Virus record (IMG/VR): IMGVR_UViG_3300023174_000045
Location: 62,001-126,000 of that record
Direction: 5' to 3' (one strand)
Length of the DNA: 64,000 bases
Position 1 is the stretch's first letter. Each line of letters begins with the position of its first letter. Shown here piece by piece: positions 16,855 through 28,522 of this stretch. The translations under genes and the position numbers were made by a program. The notes under the pieces are model-generated. The model worked only from the letters and a program-made list of their open reading frames with translations, made no database searches and had not been told where the DNA came from.

Positions 16855-19551
16855 ACAAACACACTGATCAGCCATGGTCATTTCAAAGTTGATCTTGTTG
16901 TAATCCACTGAGTAGAATCCATTGGCTTCCAATGTGACTGCGTGAGCAAATTGTGGCTGTTGCAACAAGTCTTGCGCCATGACTCCTGTCCATGTAATAT
17001 CACTCCAGACGTAATTAAAGTTGTAGATCTTTAATCCGTCATCTCGTGTTTGAATCAATTCAATATGATATTTCAGTCTACGATCTGAATAAGCAGAACC
17101 TGCTGAGCTTCCGCCGGCACTTGATGCGCCACTACCATTGCCAGCAGAACTGCCAGCTGATCCTACACCGCCGCTGTTTTTGTTATGCACAATCATGTTG
17201 TTTGCAACATACGTGTGATTGCCGTCAAGAACAAAATTGTAAAGCTGAGTGTCAGGATCTTCGGCATGTTCAGACATGGTGTTTATTGCAATTCCTATTC
17301 CGTCGGCAGTTTCAATTATGTCGCCAACTGACAATTTACCAATATTCCAATCTTGAAATAGTTCATATTTTGCTCGAGTTGCATCTGGGTTGGCTGATTT
17401 CCACTCACCATCTTTGCAATACACAGGATGATCATTGGTCATAAAAGCACTGCTTCCATTGATGGAAACAAGAGTTCTATTGCCCAGTACAGGTCTAATA
17501 TACGCAACAACTGTGTTTGAAACGCTGTCTTTGCCTAGTACTGTTTCTCCAATGCTGACATTTTCAATTGCTTTGCATGATCCATCGGCCATGGTTATTT
17601 GTGTGCCGGCTACAAAACAGCTAATACGCACACTGTCATATACCTTGGGCGGTGGTGGTGGCGCTGCTCTACGGTCCGACGGTCTTGATAATCTTCCAAA
17701 ATCATCAGTTTGTCCGGTGAAGTTTAATGCTGCACCACCAATCAACATTTGCCATGAATTATTGTAATATACATAGGTAGCTGTGGTTTGTTTCCAGGTA
17801 CCATTTACATAGACAAACGCATTCTTGACATCGTGCCAGGCACTGTCAACTGCATCATCTCTAATTTGAGTACCATACGCATCAAAAACTATTACAGCCG
17901 CACCATGCCGTGCTTGCAATTGACCTGCTGATGCTCCGGTGCCTGCCGATCCCACCAAAGAATAATATTGAGAATTTGCTCCAGCAGAAGCAATGCCAGT
18001 GGAATCAATTACCATGCCACCAATGGTAGCAGGTTCATTTCTGTAGCTAATGCCTACCGAGCCAGCTTGTGCATAACTGTCGCCCACACTGCTGTAACCA
18101 TTATTGCCGGCACCACCAGGTCCACCAGGTCCACCAGCACCACCTCCGCCACCGTCTTTGTAGAAGTCACCTTGATTTTGACCAACTTGGCCACTGCTAA
18201 TACCTCCCGCGGTTTGTCCACGCGGCCCGGGGGCATTTGATTCTGATCGACCAGTGGTGCTGTTGCCAGCACCACCACCACCTGCTCCGCCCACGGCCAC
18301 GGCCAACAATGTTTCATTTGTGGTTTTGGGATTCAGCACCAGTGTGGTGCAACCTCCAGAACCGCCACCGCCACCAGAACTACCTTGTGGCCCAGCCAGA
18401 CCACCTGTGGCACCTGACCAGCTTTTGCTGATTACCAGAGCAATACCTGCCGCAGGCAGTGTGGTGTCAGTAAAACTGGCTGTAAATGACAAAGTATGAT
18501 ACCCTTGGTTCACATAGACGTCTGTGACATAAGCAGTGGCGTATGAATCAGTGCCAGGAGTGGTGGCCACCACGGTGCCGTCAATGCTGACAGTGGCTGA
18601 GTTGGCAGCGGCCAGTTGTATTTGGTATATTCCATAATAGGGAAAATAGATATTGTTATAGGTACGAGAACACGATGCCGCTTTGATGTCTTGTTCCCAT
18701 ACCCCATGATCCACTATCAAATTACTGTAGGTTTGAAAAGAAGCGGCTGCTGGAGCAACTGGCGTATACAAAGGTGGACTGGCTGTGGTGGTCCTACTGT
18801 CAAATATTTGTCTTACCAGTCCACTACCACCCAATCCTGCGTTACCAGCAGCAGCTATGGTGAGCCCTACCCCAAAAGTTCCATAAGTTGCTCCAGGATT
18901 GGCTGTGGCAGTGATGCGTATGGTATGCTGTCCGGGTGTTATGGTACGTACAAAGTCCACGCCTGTGCTAACTTGATTGTTCCAACTGTCCAGACCAGAT
19001 TCAATGAATACTTCGCCATCAAGATACACTGTGGCCTGATAATAGGCAGCCAATGTAAACACATAGTTGATAGAATACTGAAACCACACTGTATATGATT
19101 GATCAAAGGTCAAAGTGTTGGCCTGACTGGTCACGCTGCCATTAAACGATGTGCCAGTATTCCATACACCAGTGTCATTTAAAAATTTTGACCATTTGGC
19201 AACATAGGTATTGCTGGCTCGAGGCAGTGTGGTACTACCTGGGCTGTTTGGCACAGCAGTGCGAGTGTTAAAAATGGGTGTTAGATAAGCATTTGCTGGT
19301 GTGCTGTTGACCCCACTGCTGCCAGCAGACCCCACTGTGACTTCAATGGTGTCCCCAGGAACTGCGGTAAACTCTGCTCGAACATAGCCCCCACCAGATC
19401 CTGTGCCTCCGCGATTCTGTCCGTCACTGCCGCCAGCGCCGCCGCCAGCGCCCCACAAGTAAGCAGTCACAGTGGGTGCGTAACCAATGGACGGAAAAGT
19501 TAAAAGTTGACGTGTTTGGGTATTGCCCAACGGTCTAGTTAATGTTGTCAT
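16846..19551 (-). CDS. Gly-rich tail fibre/virion protein with C-terminal Hint domain and S74 intramolecular chaperone domain
   Basis: LWGAGGG Gly-rich regions; CFVAGT...T.DHP...LYNF...HTY.AN..IVHN; YSDRRLK...GVMAQD...VDY. Confidence 0.8.
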   Translation of the reverse strand: MTTLTRPLGNTQTRQLLTFPSIGYAPTVTAYLWGAGGGAGGSDGQNRGGTGSGGGYVRAEFTAVPGDTIEVTVGSAGSSGVNSTPANAYLTPIFNTRTAVPNSPGSTTLPRASNTYVAKWSKFLNDTGVWNTGTSFNGSVTSQANTLTFDQSYTVWFQYSINYVFTLAAYYQATVYLDGEVFIESGLDSWNNQVSTGVDFVRTITPGQHTIRITATANPGATYGTFGVGLTIAAAGNAGLGGSGLVRQIFDSRTTTASPPLYTPVAPAAASFQTYSNLIVDHGVWEQDIKAASCSRTYNNIYFPYYGIYQIQLAAANSATVSIDGTVVATTPGTDSYATAYVTDVYVNQGYHTLSFTASFTDTTLPAAGIALVISKSWSGATGGLAGPQGSSGGGGGSGGCTTLVLNPKTTNETLLAVAVGGAGGGGAGNSTTGRSESNAPGPRGQTAGGISSGQVGQNQGDFYKDGGGGGAGGPGGPGGAGNNGYSSVGDSYAQAGSVGISYRNEPATIGGMVIDSTGIASAGANSQYYSLVGSAGTGASAGQLQARHGAAVIVFDAYGTQIRDDAVDSAWHDVKNAFVYVNGTWKQTTATYVYYNNSWQMLIGGAALNFTGQTDDFGRLSRPSDRRAAPPPPPKVYDSVRISCFVAGTQITMADGSCKAIENVSIGETVLGKDSVSNTVVAYIRPVLGNRTLVSINGSSAFMTNDHPVYCKDGEWKSANPDATRAKYELFQDWNIGKLSVGDIIETADGIGIAINTMSEHAEDPDTQLYNFVLDGNHTYVANNMIVHNKNSGGVGSAGSSAGNGSGASSAGGSSAGSAYSDRRLKYHIELIQTRDDGLKIYNFNYVWSDITWTGVMAQDLLQQPQFAHAVTLEANGFYSVDYNKINFEMTMADQCVCLD

Positions 19552-19557
19552 TGCGCT

Positions 19558-21318
19558 TTATATAATTTGATACCAAATATCTCCAGTGACCCCGGGTAAA
19601 TTGGGGGCCGATGTGCTTACATAACGTGTGCCATACCCGTTGGAATTACTGGCGATTGTGATAGTTCGATCTTCACTGAGATCACCACCACCAGTCAGTC
19701 CACCTGATGCTGTAATGGTTCGAGCGTTTGGCGGAACTCCAAGTTCAAATTGAGCACCAGCTATGGTATTTGCATTGGTACCACCACTGGCAATGGGTAT
19801 GGCAGTGGTCAGGCCACTGATGTTGCCACCAATTATAGACACCGAGTTGGCATTTTGTGTGGAGATTGTGCCCAGGTTGGTGATTGAACCTCTTACAAAT
19901 TCTGTGGTAGCAATTTGCGTGGTGTTAGTGCCTGCTGGGGCAGTGGGGGCTGTGGGTGTGCCAGAGAATTCAGGGCTGACTTTGTTGTTTTGTACAAATT
20001 CTGTACTAGCAACTTGTGTGGTATTTGTTGTAACAGATGCAGTGGGCGCTGTGGGTGTGCCAGCAAATGCAGGGCTGTTGGTAACAAATGCTGTGGTAGC
20101 AAGTTGTGTGGTCGCTGTGCCAACACTGGCTGTGGGGGCTGTGGCATTGCCAGAAAACGCCGGACTGTTGGTCACAAATTCTGTGGTGGCAATTTGCAAG
20201 GTAGCTGTGCCAACGCTGGCTGTGGGGGCTGTGGGAACACCGGCAAATTGGGGGCTGTTGGTCACAAATTCTGTGGTGGCAATTTGTGTGTTTGCTGTGC
20301 CAGTGGATGCTGTAGGGGCTCTGGGTATGCCTGAAAACACCGGACTGATCTTGCTGTTTTGCACAAACGCTGTGGTAGCCAGTTGTGCGCTGTTTGTTGA
20401 TGTATCAGCAGTAGGAGCTTCTGGAATACCAGTAAATGTTGGGCTATTTTTTTCTCCTTGCACAAATGCTGTGGTAGCAATTCGTTCAGTGTTTGATCCA
20501 AATGCAGCAGTGGGTGCAGTGGGTGTGCCAGAAAATTGCGGACTGGTGAGCACAAATTCTGTGGTGGCAATTTGTGCAGTGCTTGTTCCTGGTGCGGCAG
20601 TGGGAGCCTGCGGCACACCAGTGAACACTGGACTGACCATGTTGTTTTGCACAAATGCTGTGGTGGCAATTTGCGTGGTGTTTGTTGACGCAGAAGCGGT
20701 GGGGGCAGTAGGAATACCACTTAATATAACACTGCTGGTCACAAATTCTGTGGTGGCAATTTGTGTGGTGTTGGTACCTGGCGAAGCAGTGGGGGCAGTA
20801 GGTGCGCCAGTGAATTCAGGACTGACCTTGTTGTTTTGCACAAATGCAGTGGTGGCCAGCTGTCCAGTGTTGGTTGTTACTGTGGCAGTGGGTGCTGTGG
20901 GGGTGCCGGTAAATGCAGGACTGACTTTGTTGTTTTGCACAAATGCAGTGGTAGCAATTTGTGTGGTGTTTGTTAGGTCAGATGCTGTGGGTGCCGTGGG
21001 AGTGCCAGATAATGCAGGCGAAATGGTCTGTGCATCTACATAAGTTTGGCTGGCCAATGCTGTCCAAGTGTTGGCTGTGCTGTATGCGCTGATGGTGTCA
21101 GTTGAGGAATTGTACCAAAGTTGTCCTAAAATAGGTTGTACTGGTGCAGAACCATTGGCAAAATTCTCCAACAAATATACGTAGTTTTCGTTTTGATATT
21201 CTCCGTAATTGACCACCGCGCGGCCAACCAATGCAAGATCTGTTGCAGTGGTGTTCACTGTGCCGTCGTCGACTACTGCAACAATATTGCCGCGACTGTT
21301 ATTGATGATGTATGACAT
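19558..21318 (-). CDS. tail fibre-like protein with tandem SP.F.G.PTAPTA..GT.T.QIATT.FV repeats
   Basis: 12 repeats of 26-29 aa; N-terminal L.LVGR...YGE..NEN...LLENFA domain. Confidence 0.8.
   Translation of the reverse strand: MSYIINNSRGNIVAVVDDGTVNTTATDLALVGRAVVNYGEYQNENYVYLLENFANGSAPVQPILGQLWYNSSTDTISAYSTANTWTALASQTYVDAQTISPALSGTPTAPTASDLTNTTQIATTAFVQNNKVSPAFTGTPTAPTATVTTNTGQLATTAFVQNNKVSPEFTGAPTAPTASPGTNTTQIATTEFVTSSVILSGIPTAPTASASTNTTQIATTAFVQNNMVSPVFTGVPQAPTAAPGTSTAQIATTEFVLTSPQFSGTPTAPTAAFGSNTERIATTAFVQGEKNSPTFTGIPEAPTADTSTNSAQLATTAFVQNSKISPVFSGIPRAPTASTGTANTQIATTEFVTNSPQFAGVPTAPTASVGTATLQIATTEFVTNSPAFSGNATAPTASVGTATTQLATTAFVTNSPAFAGTPTAPTASVTTNTTQVASTEFVQNNKVSPEFSGTPTAPTAPAGTNTTQIATTEFVRGSITNLGTISTQNANSVSIIGGNISGLTTAIPIASGGTNANTIAGAQFELGVPPNARTITASGGLTGGGDLSEDRTITIASNSNGYGTRYVSTSAPNLPGVTGDIWYQII
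19890..21025 (-). repeat. intragenic tandem repeat array, 12 units of 78-87 bp
   Basis: Recurring ACAAAT(T/G)CTGTGGT(A/G)GCAATTTG on the + strand. Confidence 0.9.
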
Positions 21319-21337
21319 TGATCACTCCGATTGCTAC

Positions 21338-21368
21338 TATTTAGCGGTACACAACGTTTTGGTAAATA
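21338..21368. promoter_or_regulatory. back-to-back TAAATA late promoters
   Basis: TATTTA at 21338 (minus) and TAAATA at 21363 (plus) between divergent fibre genes. Confidence 0.7.
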
Positions 21369-21387
21369 CTCAACTGGAACACTAAAC

Positions 21388-23691
21388 ATGGCACAAGAAA
21401 TTATCAACGTTGGAACCGCACCCAATGATGGCGCAGGGGATCCTTTACGAACAGCATTTACCAAAACCAACAACAACTTCAGTCAGTTGTTTGCAACAGG
21501 TGGTATATCGGGTATTTCCAACGGTACCAGCAACATCAGCATAGTTTACAACGGATCCATATTAATGGGCGCAACAGGCACAGCCAATGTGGTTGCGATC
21601 ACTGCTGGGGGTATGACAGTGACTGGCACACTGATTGGAAATTCAGCAATTTCGGCCACAGGAAATATCACAGCCGGCAACTTTTTTATTGGCAACGGAT
21701 CACAGTTAACTGGTGTTGTTTCTTCTCCAGCGGCTTCGTTGCTGACAGGTACTACGTTAAGCAGTAATGTGGTCACCAGCAGTTTGACCACCTTGGGCAC
21801 CTTGGGCAGTTTGGATGTCACTGCCAACGTACAAGCTGGAAATTTACGCACCAGCGGCCAAGTTTCTACTGCCGGCAATGTCAATGCTTCTAATTTCAAT
21901 GCAACCACTGCCATCAGTGCCGCAGGCAATATCAGTGGTGCTAATATATCAACTGGTGGACTGATTTCAGCCACAGGCAACATAACTGGAAATTATTTCC
22001 TGGGCAATGGCAGCCAATTAACTGGTATCGCACCCAGTGCAAATGCCGCACTGCTCACAGGCAGTGTGTTGAGTTCCAATGTGGTCACATCAAGTATTAC
22101 CACAGTGGGAACATTGGGCAGTTTGGCAGTCACGGCCAACATTGATGGTGGTAACTTGCGCACAGCAGGATTGATCTCAGCTGCTGGAAATATCACTGGC
22201 GGCAATGTTGATGCCATCAGTTTGACTGGTACCATAGTTAGTGCGTCAGGCAATATCACGGGTGGCAATGTCAATGCCACCAGTTTAACTGGCACCACAG
22301 TCAGTGCAAGTGGCAATATCACCGGTGGCAATGTGTTAGGTGGTGCCAATGTCAATGCTACCTTGTTCACAGGTACCACGGTGTCAGTGTCAGGCAATGT
22401 AACCGGAGGTAATGTCAATGGTGGGGCCAACGTCAATGCCACATTGATCTTGGGAACAACCGTAAGCGCCACAGGCAATGTGATTGGTGGCAACTTAATT
22501 ACGTCTGCGGCTGTTTCTGCCAGCTCAATTAGTGCCAGTGGCAATATCACAGGTGGCAACATCTTGGGCGGCGCCAACGTCAATGCCACAACTCACACAG
22601 GTACCACAGTATCAGTTTCAGGCAATATCACCGGTGGCAATGTGTTAGGTGGAGCCAATGTCAATGCCACAACTCACACAGGAACAACTGTTTCAGTAAC
22701 AGGCAATATCACCGGTGGTAACATTTCAGCTACCAATCACACAGGTACCACAGTGAGCGTAACTGGAAATGTTGATGCAAATAATTTTATTTCAGTAAAT
22801 GCATTCAAAGGTGTGTCATTGTCTGTGTCAGGAAACATCGAAGGTGCCAATATCAATGTCACAACCGCCAATGTCACAACCGCCAATGCTACTAGTTTGA
22901 TAGGTACTACGGTCAGTGTAACTGGAAATATCAATGCAAATAATTTTATTTCAGTTAATGCATTAAACGGTGTGTCATTGTCTGTGTCGGGAAATATCCA
23001 AGGCGCAAATGTTGATGCTGCCAACCATACAGGCGCCACAGTTAGTGTCACTGGCAACATCACCGGTGGCAATTTGAATGCTGCTGGATTGAGCTTGAGT
23101 TCAAATGTTGTATCAGCACTGAATGTAACGTCAAACATTGCCGGTGGAAATATCAACACCAGCGGATCTGTAAGTGCTACTGGCAATATCACCGGCGGCA
23201 ACATTTTAGGTGGTGCCAACGTCAATGCTACTACACATACAGGAACCACAGTTAGTGTGTCAGGTAATATCACCGGTGGTAACATTTCAGCTACCAATCA
23301 CACAGGTACCGCAGTCAGTGTAAGCGGCAACATCACTGGTGGTAATGTACTAGCAGGTTCGGGCATTGTCAGTACTTCAGGCAACATCACTGGTGGTAAT
23401 GTACTAGCAGGTTCGGGCATTATTAGTACTTCAGGCAATATCACAGGCGGCAATGTACTAGGTGGCGCCAACGTTAATGCCACAAGTTTGACCGGTACTA
23501 CAGTCAGCGTAACTGGTAATATCACTGGTGGAAATATCACAACTGGTGGTGTGGGCACATTCAACGGCACCTACATGGTGGTTCCAACTGGCACTACAGA
23601 TCCTGCGGTGACAACTGTAGGAGCATTTTATTATAATACTCTTACCAATGTGTTCAGGATTTACAGCGGTGGTATCTGGAGAAATGCATAA
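21388..23691 (+). CDS. virion fibre/adhesin-like protein with GNITGGN repeats
   Basis: N-terminal INVG.APNDG.GD.LR.AF.K.N.NF domain typical of T4-like fibre/baseplate proteins; many S(A/V)(T/S)GNITGGN repeats. Confidence 0.8.
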   Translation: MAQEIINVGTAPNDGAGDPLRTAFTKTNNNFSQLFATGGISGISNGTSNISIVYNGSILMGATGTANVVAITAGGMTVTGTLIGNSAISATGNITAGNFFIGNGSQLTGVVSSPAASLLTGTTLSSNVVTSSLTTLGTLGSLDVTANVQAGNLRTSGQVSTAGNVNASNFNATTAISAAGNISGANISTGGLISATGNITGNYFLGNGSQLTGIAPSANAALLTGSVLSSNVVTSSITTVGTLGSLAVTANIDGGNLRTAGLISAAGNITGGNVDAISLTGTIVSASGNITGGNVNATSLTGTTVSASGNITGGNVLGGANVNATLFTGTTVSVSGNVTGGNVNGGANVNATLILGTTVSATGNVIGGNLITSAAVSASSISASGNITGGNILGGANVNATTHTGTTVSVSGNITGGNVLGGANVNATTHTGTTVSVTGNITGGNISATNHTGTTVSVTGNVDANNFISVNAFKGVSLSVSGNIEGANINVTTANVTTANATSLIGTTVSVTGNINANNFISVNALNGVSLSVSGNIQGANVDAANHTGATVSVTGNITGGNLNAAGLSLSSNVVSALNVTSNIAGGNINTSGSVSATGNITGGNILGGANVNATTHTGTTVSVSGNITGGNISATNHTGTAVSVSGNITGGNVLAGSGIVSTSGNITGGNVLAGSGIISTSGNITGGNVLGGANVNATSLTGTTVSVTGNITGGNITTGGVGTFNGTYMVVPTGTTDPAVTTVGAFYYNTLTNVFRIYSGGIWRNA

Positions 23692-23697
23692 TTTAAT

Positions 23698-26600
23698 ATG
23701 TCACAACCTGTATGGATCACCCCCGCTGGCCCGCTAGGAGTAATTCCTGAAGGCATATTCTACCGACAAACAATGTTGGCAGACTCTGACCCGTTGTTTA
23801 ATATTGAATGCACAGCAACATCAGCAGTGACCAACCGTATCACTTGTGCAAGCACAGCAGGCATGTACACTGACTTGAACATCATGTTTACTGGCAATAT
23901 ATTTGGCGGAGTCAGTGACCAAATAAGATATTTTGTATTAGATGTTGTCAGCGACACTGAGTTCACTATTACACAAACTGAATTCAGTACCACACCGGTT
24001 GAATTGACCACAGCCACTGGCAACATGACCGGTGTGATCAAACAACATATCTATTATAAATTGATATCTGGCACATTGCCACTGGGCATTCAATGCAGTG
24101 ACAACGGATTGATCATAGGTGTGCCCAAAGCTGTGGCCAGTTTGCAAGGTGTGCCTTTTCCGGTGAATCGAAATGTTACCAGCAAATTTACAATCAGGGC
24201 GTACACACAAAATTTGGTCAACAATGCATTGGTGTTGGATCGAATCAGAGATCGCACATTTGAACTCACTGTCACGGGCAACAATGTTCCAGTATTTCTT
24301 GCCCCTACAGGATCTTTTGCCAGCAACAACTCAGCCACATTTACTGGTGCTATAAATGGCACACAGTTGATAGTGTCTGAAATACAATCGGGCACAGTGC
24401 AAAACGGCATGGTCATACGCGGTACCAACATAGTTCCTGGTACTACCATTGTCAGCACAGGAACAGCCAGTGGAGGCATTGGTACCTACACTGTGAACAT
24501 CAGTCAACAAAACACCGGCGCTGCCATCACAGGCTGGGTGGGAGTTTATTATGATGGCGACCTAGTGGATTTACAATTTGCATACACTGATGTTGACCCC
24601 AGTGAAAATGTAATAGTGAGATTGGCCGCTGGTGCTTTTCCTGCTGGGCTGACACTGAGTCCCAAAGGACGGCTGTATGGTTACATTGAACCTGCTGCCA
24701 ATGTTGATGTTCCAGTGGGATATGATGAAACTCCATTGAGTGGTCCACCTTATGATTTTTTAACCTCGGCCATCAGCAAAAGCTATCAATTTACCTTGGA
24801 AGTCACTGATGGCAAGCTGGGCACATTGAGACAATTTTCAATCTTTGTTTACAATCGTGCAGACCTCACAGCCGACACTACCACAATCACCAGTGACAAC
24901 ACATTTGTCACTGCTGATGAAAACACTGAACGTTCTCCATTCTTGCTGAATGCATATCCCACCAGCCTTGGTACAGTACGCAGTGACAATTATTTTGCTT
25001 ATCAATTCCGCGGCGACGACTATGACACAGTGGATATTACATACGCTATTTCAGTCAACGAAGGGGTGGGATTGCCACCTGGACTTGTACTGGATCCCAA
25101 ATCTGGTTGGTACTATGGATTCATTCCAGACCAAGGGCTCACAGAAATCACCTACAGTTTCAACATACAGGTAAGTCAGACTGACAACCCATTGATTGCC
25201 AGCCAGTTGTATCCATTCACACTGACCATCACTGGAGTCACAGATTCAGAAGTGACCTGGATCACTCCCAGCAATCTTGGTGTCATAGAAAATGGCAGTA
25301 CCAGCATACTAAATGTAGAAGCTGTGAATCGCGGTGGTGCCACAATGAAATATCGACTGGCCAGCGGCGCTTACAATCAACTACCACAAGGATTGACCCT
25401 GTTGCCCACAGGAGAGATTGCCGGACGAACCACATTCAATACATTTGCGGTAGATCTAGGATTTACCACATTTGATGCCACACAAAGCAACATAACTGGA
25501 ATCTCTGAAACCAATTTTGACACTGAGTTTACATTTACTGTCAATGCCTATGCTGAAGACACAGGGCAACTGTTGTACAATGTGGCCAGTGTGGACATCA
25601 CCGATGGCGGATCAGGTTACAGCAGCATTAACTTGCCTACTCTGCAATTCAGCAGTCCTGTTGGAGCCGCTGCTGTGACTGCGGTTGGTGAAGCTGTGGT
25701 CACAGGATCAGCAATCACCGCTGTGACTTTGACCGAGCAAGGTGCAGGCTATACATCAGCACCTACCATAACTGTCACTCAAGGTTTTGGCGGATCAGGT
25801 GCGGTACTAACTCCCATCATGCAGGTCACCGGACAACGTGATGCCATCAGTGTGTTCAAAACATTCACAGTCAAAGTTTATAGGGCATACAACTATCCTT
25901 ATCAAAATTTGTTTTGTTTGGCCATGCCACCGGCCAATGATCGACTGTTGATCAACGAGTTGTTGGACAACCAAGAAATTTTTGTGCCCAGTTACATCTA
26001 CAGACCTGATGACGCCAACTTTGGAAAAAGCACTCAAGTCAAATACGAACATGCATACGGACTTGCTCCTGATACCTTGGATCAGTATGTCAGCAGTTTG
26101 TACGAAAATCATTATTGGAAAAATCTTGTGCTGGGAGAAATCAACACAGCACAGGCCTTGGATGCTGCCGGAAACATAATTTATGAAGTTGTGTACAGCA
26201 AGATCATTGACAACTTGGTCAACGATGCAGGACAAAGTGTTGCAAAAATTGTAAACTTGCCATATGCCATAACTGACCCTGACGGCAGCACCATAGACAC
26301 ACAAGTGTATCCCAACAGTTTGATCAACATGCGAGATCAAGTGATAGATGTTGTGGGTCAAATTTCAACCAAGTTGCCAATTTGGATGACATCAAAACAA
26401 ACCAATGGTCGTGTGTTGGGCTTTACACCAAGCTGGGTAATTTGTTATACCCAGCCTGGCAGGTCTGCTCAAATTGCCTATTACATACAGCAATATTTTG
26501 CAAAGCAATTGAACAGTGTGGATTTCAAGGTGGACAGATATGTGCTGGATCGCACTTTGAGTAAAAATTGGGACACCATAGACCAAAAATGGACTCCCAA

Positions 26601-27558
26601 AGGCAGCCTGACCACATTTGATTTTTACAACACCGCTGGTTATGTAAACATTGGTCAGGTAAACTGCGCCACAAATTTGGCCTATGTTGATATTAATTTT
26701 AGAACTCAAGAAGAAATAAATGCTCTTGGGGGTATCGACGGCGCAACTTGGTTTGAAGTAGAAGGACAAGCACCTCCTGTGGGAACCAAGGTTGTGCTCA
26801 CAACTGGTACCAAAATTATTTTTGTTCAACAAGAAAACTATCAGAACTATACAGTAACTCAGGCCTGGCAGAATTATATACAAAGATTTGACGATCCTGG
26901 GTCTTATGATGAAACTGGCACACTGTTTGACGAATCTTATACCATTCCTGGCGGATACACAGTGACATGTACTGCTACTTCATCATCCAACAATCGCATT
27001 ACTTGCACAAGTACCACAGGCATGACAGCAGGCGATATGATTTGGTTCACTGGTGACACATTTGGTGATGTGACTGCATTTGCTAACAACAATCAAATTT
27101 ACTATATTTTGGCCGTGGTCAATGGTACACAATTTACCATCACAGATACTGTAGATGGAACCACTGAGGTAACGTTGAATACAGACACAGGATCAATGAC
27201 TGCCAATTGGGGCAATTATCGCATGGACATTTATGAAGTCACAGTTAACGCAGGATTGACTGAGTCAGATCCTGCATACATCACACTGAGCCCATTGCAA
27301 CAAATTGCCCCTAACGACTATGTGACAGTGACTCAGGGTGCGTACTACAACACTGCTCAGTTGTATAGACCCACTGCTCCTGGACCAGGATTCACATTGA
27401 TCAGTTGGTTGCCACTGATTACCACCATCACTGTGGTGGGAGATCAGACCACATTTGATCAGGACAGCATGCAGTTTATTGCTCCAGTTGATATGTACAC
27501 TACAAGTACTGCACTGGATAAATATCTGGTATTTCCCAAAGCAAATATTTTGGTATAA
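23698..27558 (+). CDS. large virion structural protein with Ig-like repeats (baseplate/tail)
   Basis: 1286 aa; repeated G.LP.GL.L...G.I.G Ig-like motifs; GGSGY/GAGYTSAPT motifs. Confidence 0.7.
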   Translation: MSQPVWITPAGPLGVIPEGIFYRQTMLADSDPLFNIECTATSAVTNRITCASTAGMYTDLNIMFTGNIFGGVSDQIRYFVLDVVSDTEFTITQTEFSTTPVELTTATGNMTGVIKQHIYYKLISGTLPLGIQCSDNGLIIGVPKAVASLQGVPFPVNRNVTSKFTIRAYTQNLVNNALVLDRIRDRTFELTVTGNNVPVFLAPTGSFASNNSATFTGAINGTQLIVSEIQSGTVQNGMVIRGTNIVPGTTIVSTGTASGGIGTYTVNISQQNTGAAITGWVGVYYDGDLVDLQFAYTDVDPSENVIVRLAAGAFPAGLTLSPKGRLYGYIEPAANVDVPVGYDETPLSGPPYDFLTSAISKSYQFTLEVTDGKLGTLRQFSIFVYNRADLTADTTTITSDNTFVTADENTERSPFLLNAYPTSLGTVRSDNYFAYQFRGDDYDTVDITYAISVNEGVGLPPGLVLDPKSGWYYGFIPDQGLTEITYSFNIQVSQTDNPLIASQLYPFTLTITGVTDSEVTWITPSNLGVIENGSTSILNVEAVNRGGATMKYRLASGAYNQLPQGLTLLPTGEIAGRTTFNTFAVDLGFTTFDATQSNITGISETNFDTEFTFTVNAYAEDTGQLLYNVASVDITDGGSGYSSINLPTLQFSSPVGAAAVTAVGEAVVTGSAITAVTLTEQGAGYTSAPTITVTQGFGGSGAVLTPIMQVTGQRDAISVFKTFTVKVYRAYNYPYQNLFCLAMPPANDRLLINELLDNQEIFVPSYIYRPDDANFGKSTQVKYEHAYGLAPDTLDQYVSSLYENHYWKNLVLGEINTAQALDAAGNIIYEVVYSKIIDNLVNDAGQSVAKIVNLPYAITDPDGSTIDTQVYPNSLINMRDQVIDVVGQISTKLPIWMTSKQTNGRVLGFTPSWVICYTQPGRSAQIAYYIQQYFAKQLNSVDFKVDRYVLDRTLSKNWDTIDQKWTPKGSLTTFDFYNTAGYVNIGQVNCATNLAYVDINFRTQEEINALGGIDGATWFEVEGQAPPVGTKVVLTTGTKIIFVQQENYQNYTVTQAWQNYIQRFDDPGSYDETGTLFDESYTIPGGYTVTCTATSSSNNRITCTSTTGMTAGDMIWFTGDTFGDVTAFANNNQIYYILAVVNGTQFTITDTVDGTTEVTLNTDTGSMTANWGNYRMDIYEVTVNAGLTESDPAYITLSPLQQIAPNDYVTVTQGAYYNTAQLYRPTAPGPGFTLISWLPLITTITVVGDQTTFDQDSMQFIAPVDMYTTSTALDKYLVFPKANILV

Positions 27559-27570
27559 CAAGGATGACAA

Positions 27571-28479
27571 ATGTCAAGTAATATTAACCCCAACAACATC
27601 GACGGCACGTATCCAATTGCCGGACAAGACAACAATTCACAAGGTTTCCGTGACAACTTCACGCAGACCAAAGTTAACTTTCAATATGCCGCGTCAGAAA
27701 TCACTGACCTGCAAAACAACGCAGTGTTAAAATCAGCGCTCACAGGCGGCACACTAGACAACAACATGGGCGGTGCATTGTTGTATGATGCTACCATCCA
27801 GGATTTTGCAGCCACAGTGGTAGCAATATCATTGAGTGGAACTACTTGCACAGTTAACTACGCATCGGGACACTATCAAACAGTGACCATTGGATCTGCG
27901 ATAACTGTGGCATTTACCAATTTTCCCGCCAGCGGCTATCAAGGCTGGGTGATTCTACGAGTTACAGCCACCGCAGGTCAGACCATGACGTTGCCGGCGG
28001 CCGTAGGTGCAGGTGTCAGTGCAGCCAGTGTTCTGGGCATTCAAGGCATTGCAAGCAATGTGATCACATTCAAAGAATCTGGAACTTATGAATTTTTGTT
28101 TCATACCATTGATGGTGGATCATCTATATTCATCAGCGAACTAACACGCCCAAGAAATCGTTGGGTCAACCCACTGTTCATTGCAAGCAGTGAAGACCTG
28201 GCACCCAGTGCTGCTGCGAGCTTGACCACTTACAACAGTTACTTTACCACAGACAGTGCTGAAACTGCCACCCTGGCCGCAGGCACAGAAGGCCAAATCA
28301 AAGTGTTCAGTGCGTCCAGTGTCACTGCCGGCAACATGGTCATAACCGTGGCCAACGCTGGATGGCAAAGTTCGGGCACAGGAACTATTACCTTTGCTTC
28401 TCGCGGAGTCGGTTGTACATTACAATACATCAATTCCAAATGGTATTGTATTGGCAACAACGGCTGTACGTTTGGCTAA
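27571..28479 (+). CDS. virion structural protein
   Basis: YPIAGQDN.SQGFRDNF N-terminus; beta-rich; in structural operon. Confidence 0.65.
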   Translation: MSSNINPNNIDGTYPIAGQDNNSQGFRDNFTQTKVNFQYAASEITDLQNNAVLKSALTGGTLDNNMGGALLYDATIQDFAATVVAISLSGTTCTVNYASGHYQTVTIGSAITVAFTNFPASGYQGWVILRVTATAGQTMTLPAAVGAGVSAASVLGIQGIASNVITFKESGTYEFLFHTIDGGSSIFISELTRPRNRWVNPLFIASSEDLAPSAAASLTTYNSYFTTDSAETATLAAGTEGQIKVFSASSVTAGNMVITVANAGWQSSGTGTITFASRGVGCTLQYINSKWYCIGNNGCTFG

Positions 28480-28488
28480 TCAAATGCC

Positions 28489-28517
28489 TTGACTTTGTCG
28501 GCAACATGCCATATAAT
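28489..28517 (+). promoter_or_regulatory. sigma70-type promoter
   Basis: TTGACT-N17-TATAAT; ATG 5 nt downstream. Confidence 0.8.
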
Positions 28518-28522
28518 ACACT

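Noticed and set aside
17182-17619. Canonical splicing intein or mobile element
   Set aside because: No homing endonuclease and the +1 residue is Lys, so it is treated as a cleavage-type Hint domain.
19763-21043. 426-aa + strand ORF and other long antisense ORFs over repeat-rich genes (21546-23570, 62183-62941)
   Set aside because: Mirror frames of Thr/Ala/Gly-rich repetitive genes; no SD, promoter or recognisable motifs.
16846-21330. Invertible tail-fibre cassette
   Set aside because: No flanking inverted repeats or invertase seen; divergent late promoters explain the orientation.
19890-23560. Tandem repeats as a CRISPR array or DGR template/variable pair
   Set aside because: Repeats are in-frame coding units varying at synonymous positions, without unique spacers or adenine-specific differences; no cas or reverse transcriptase gene in the window.
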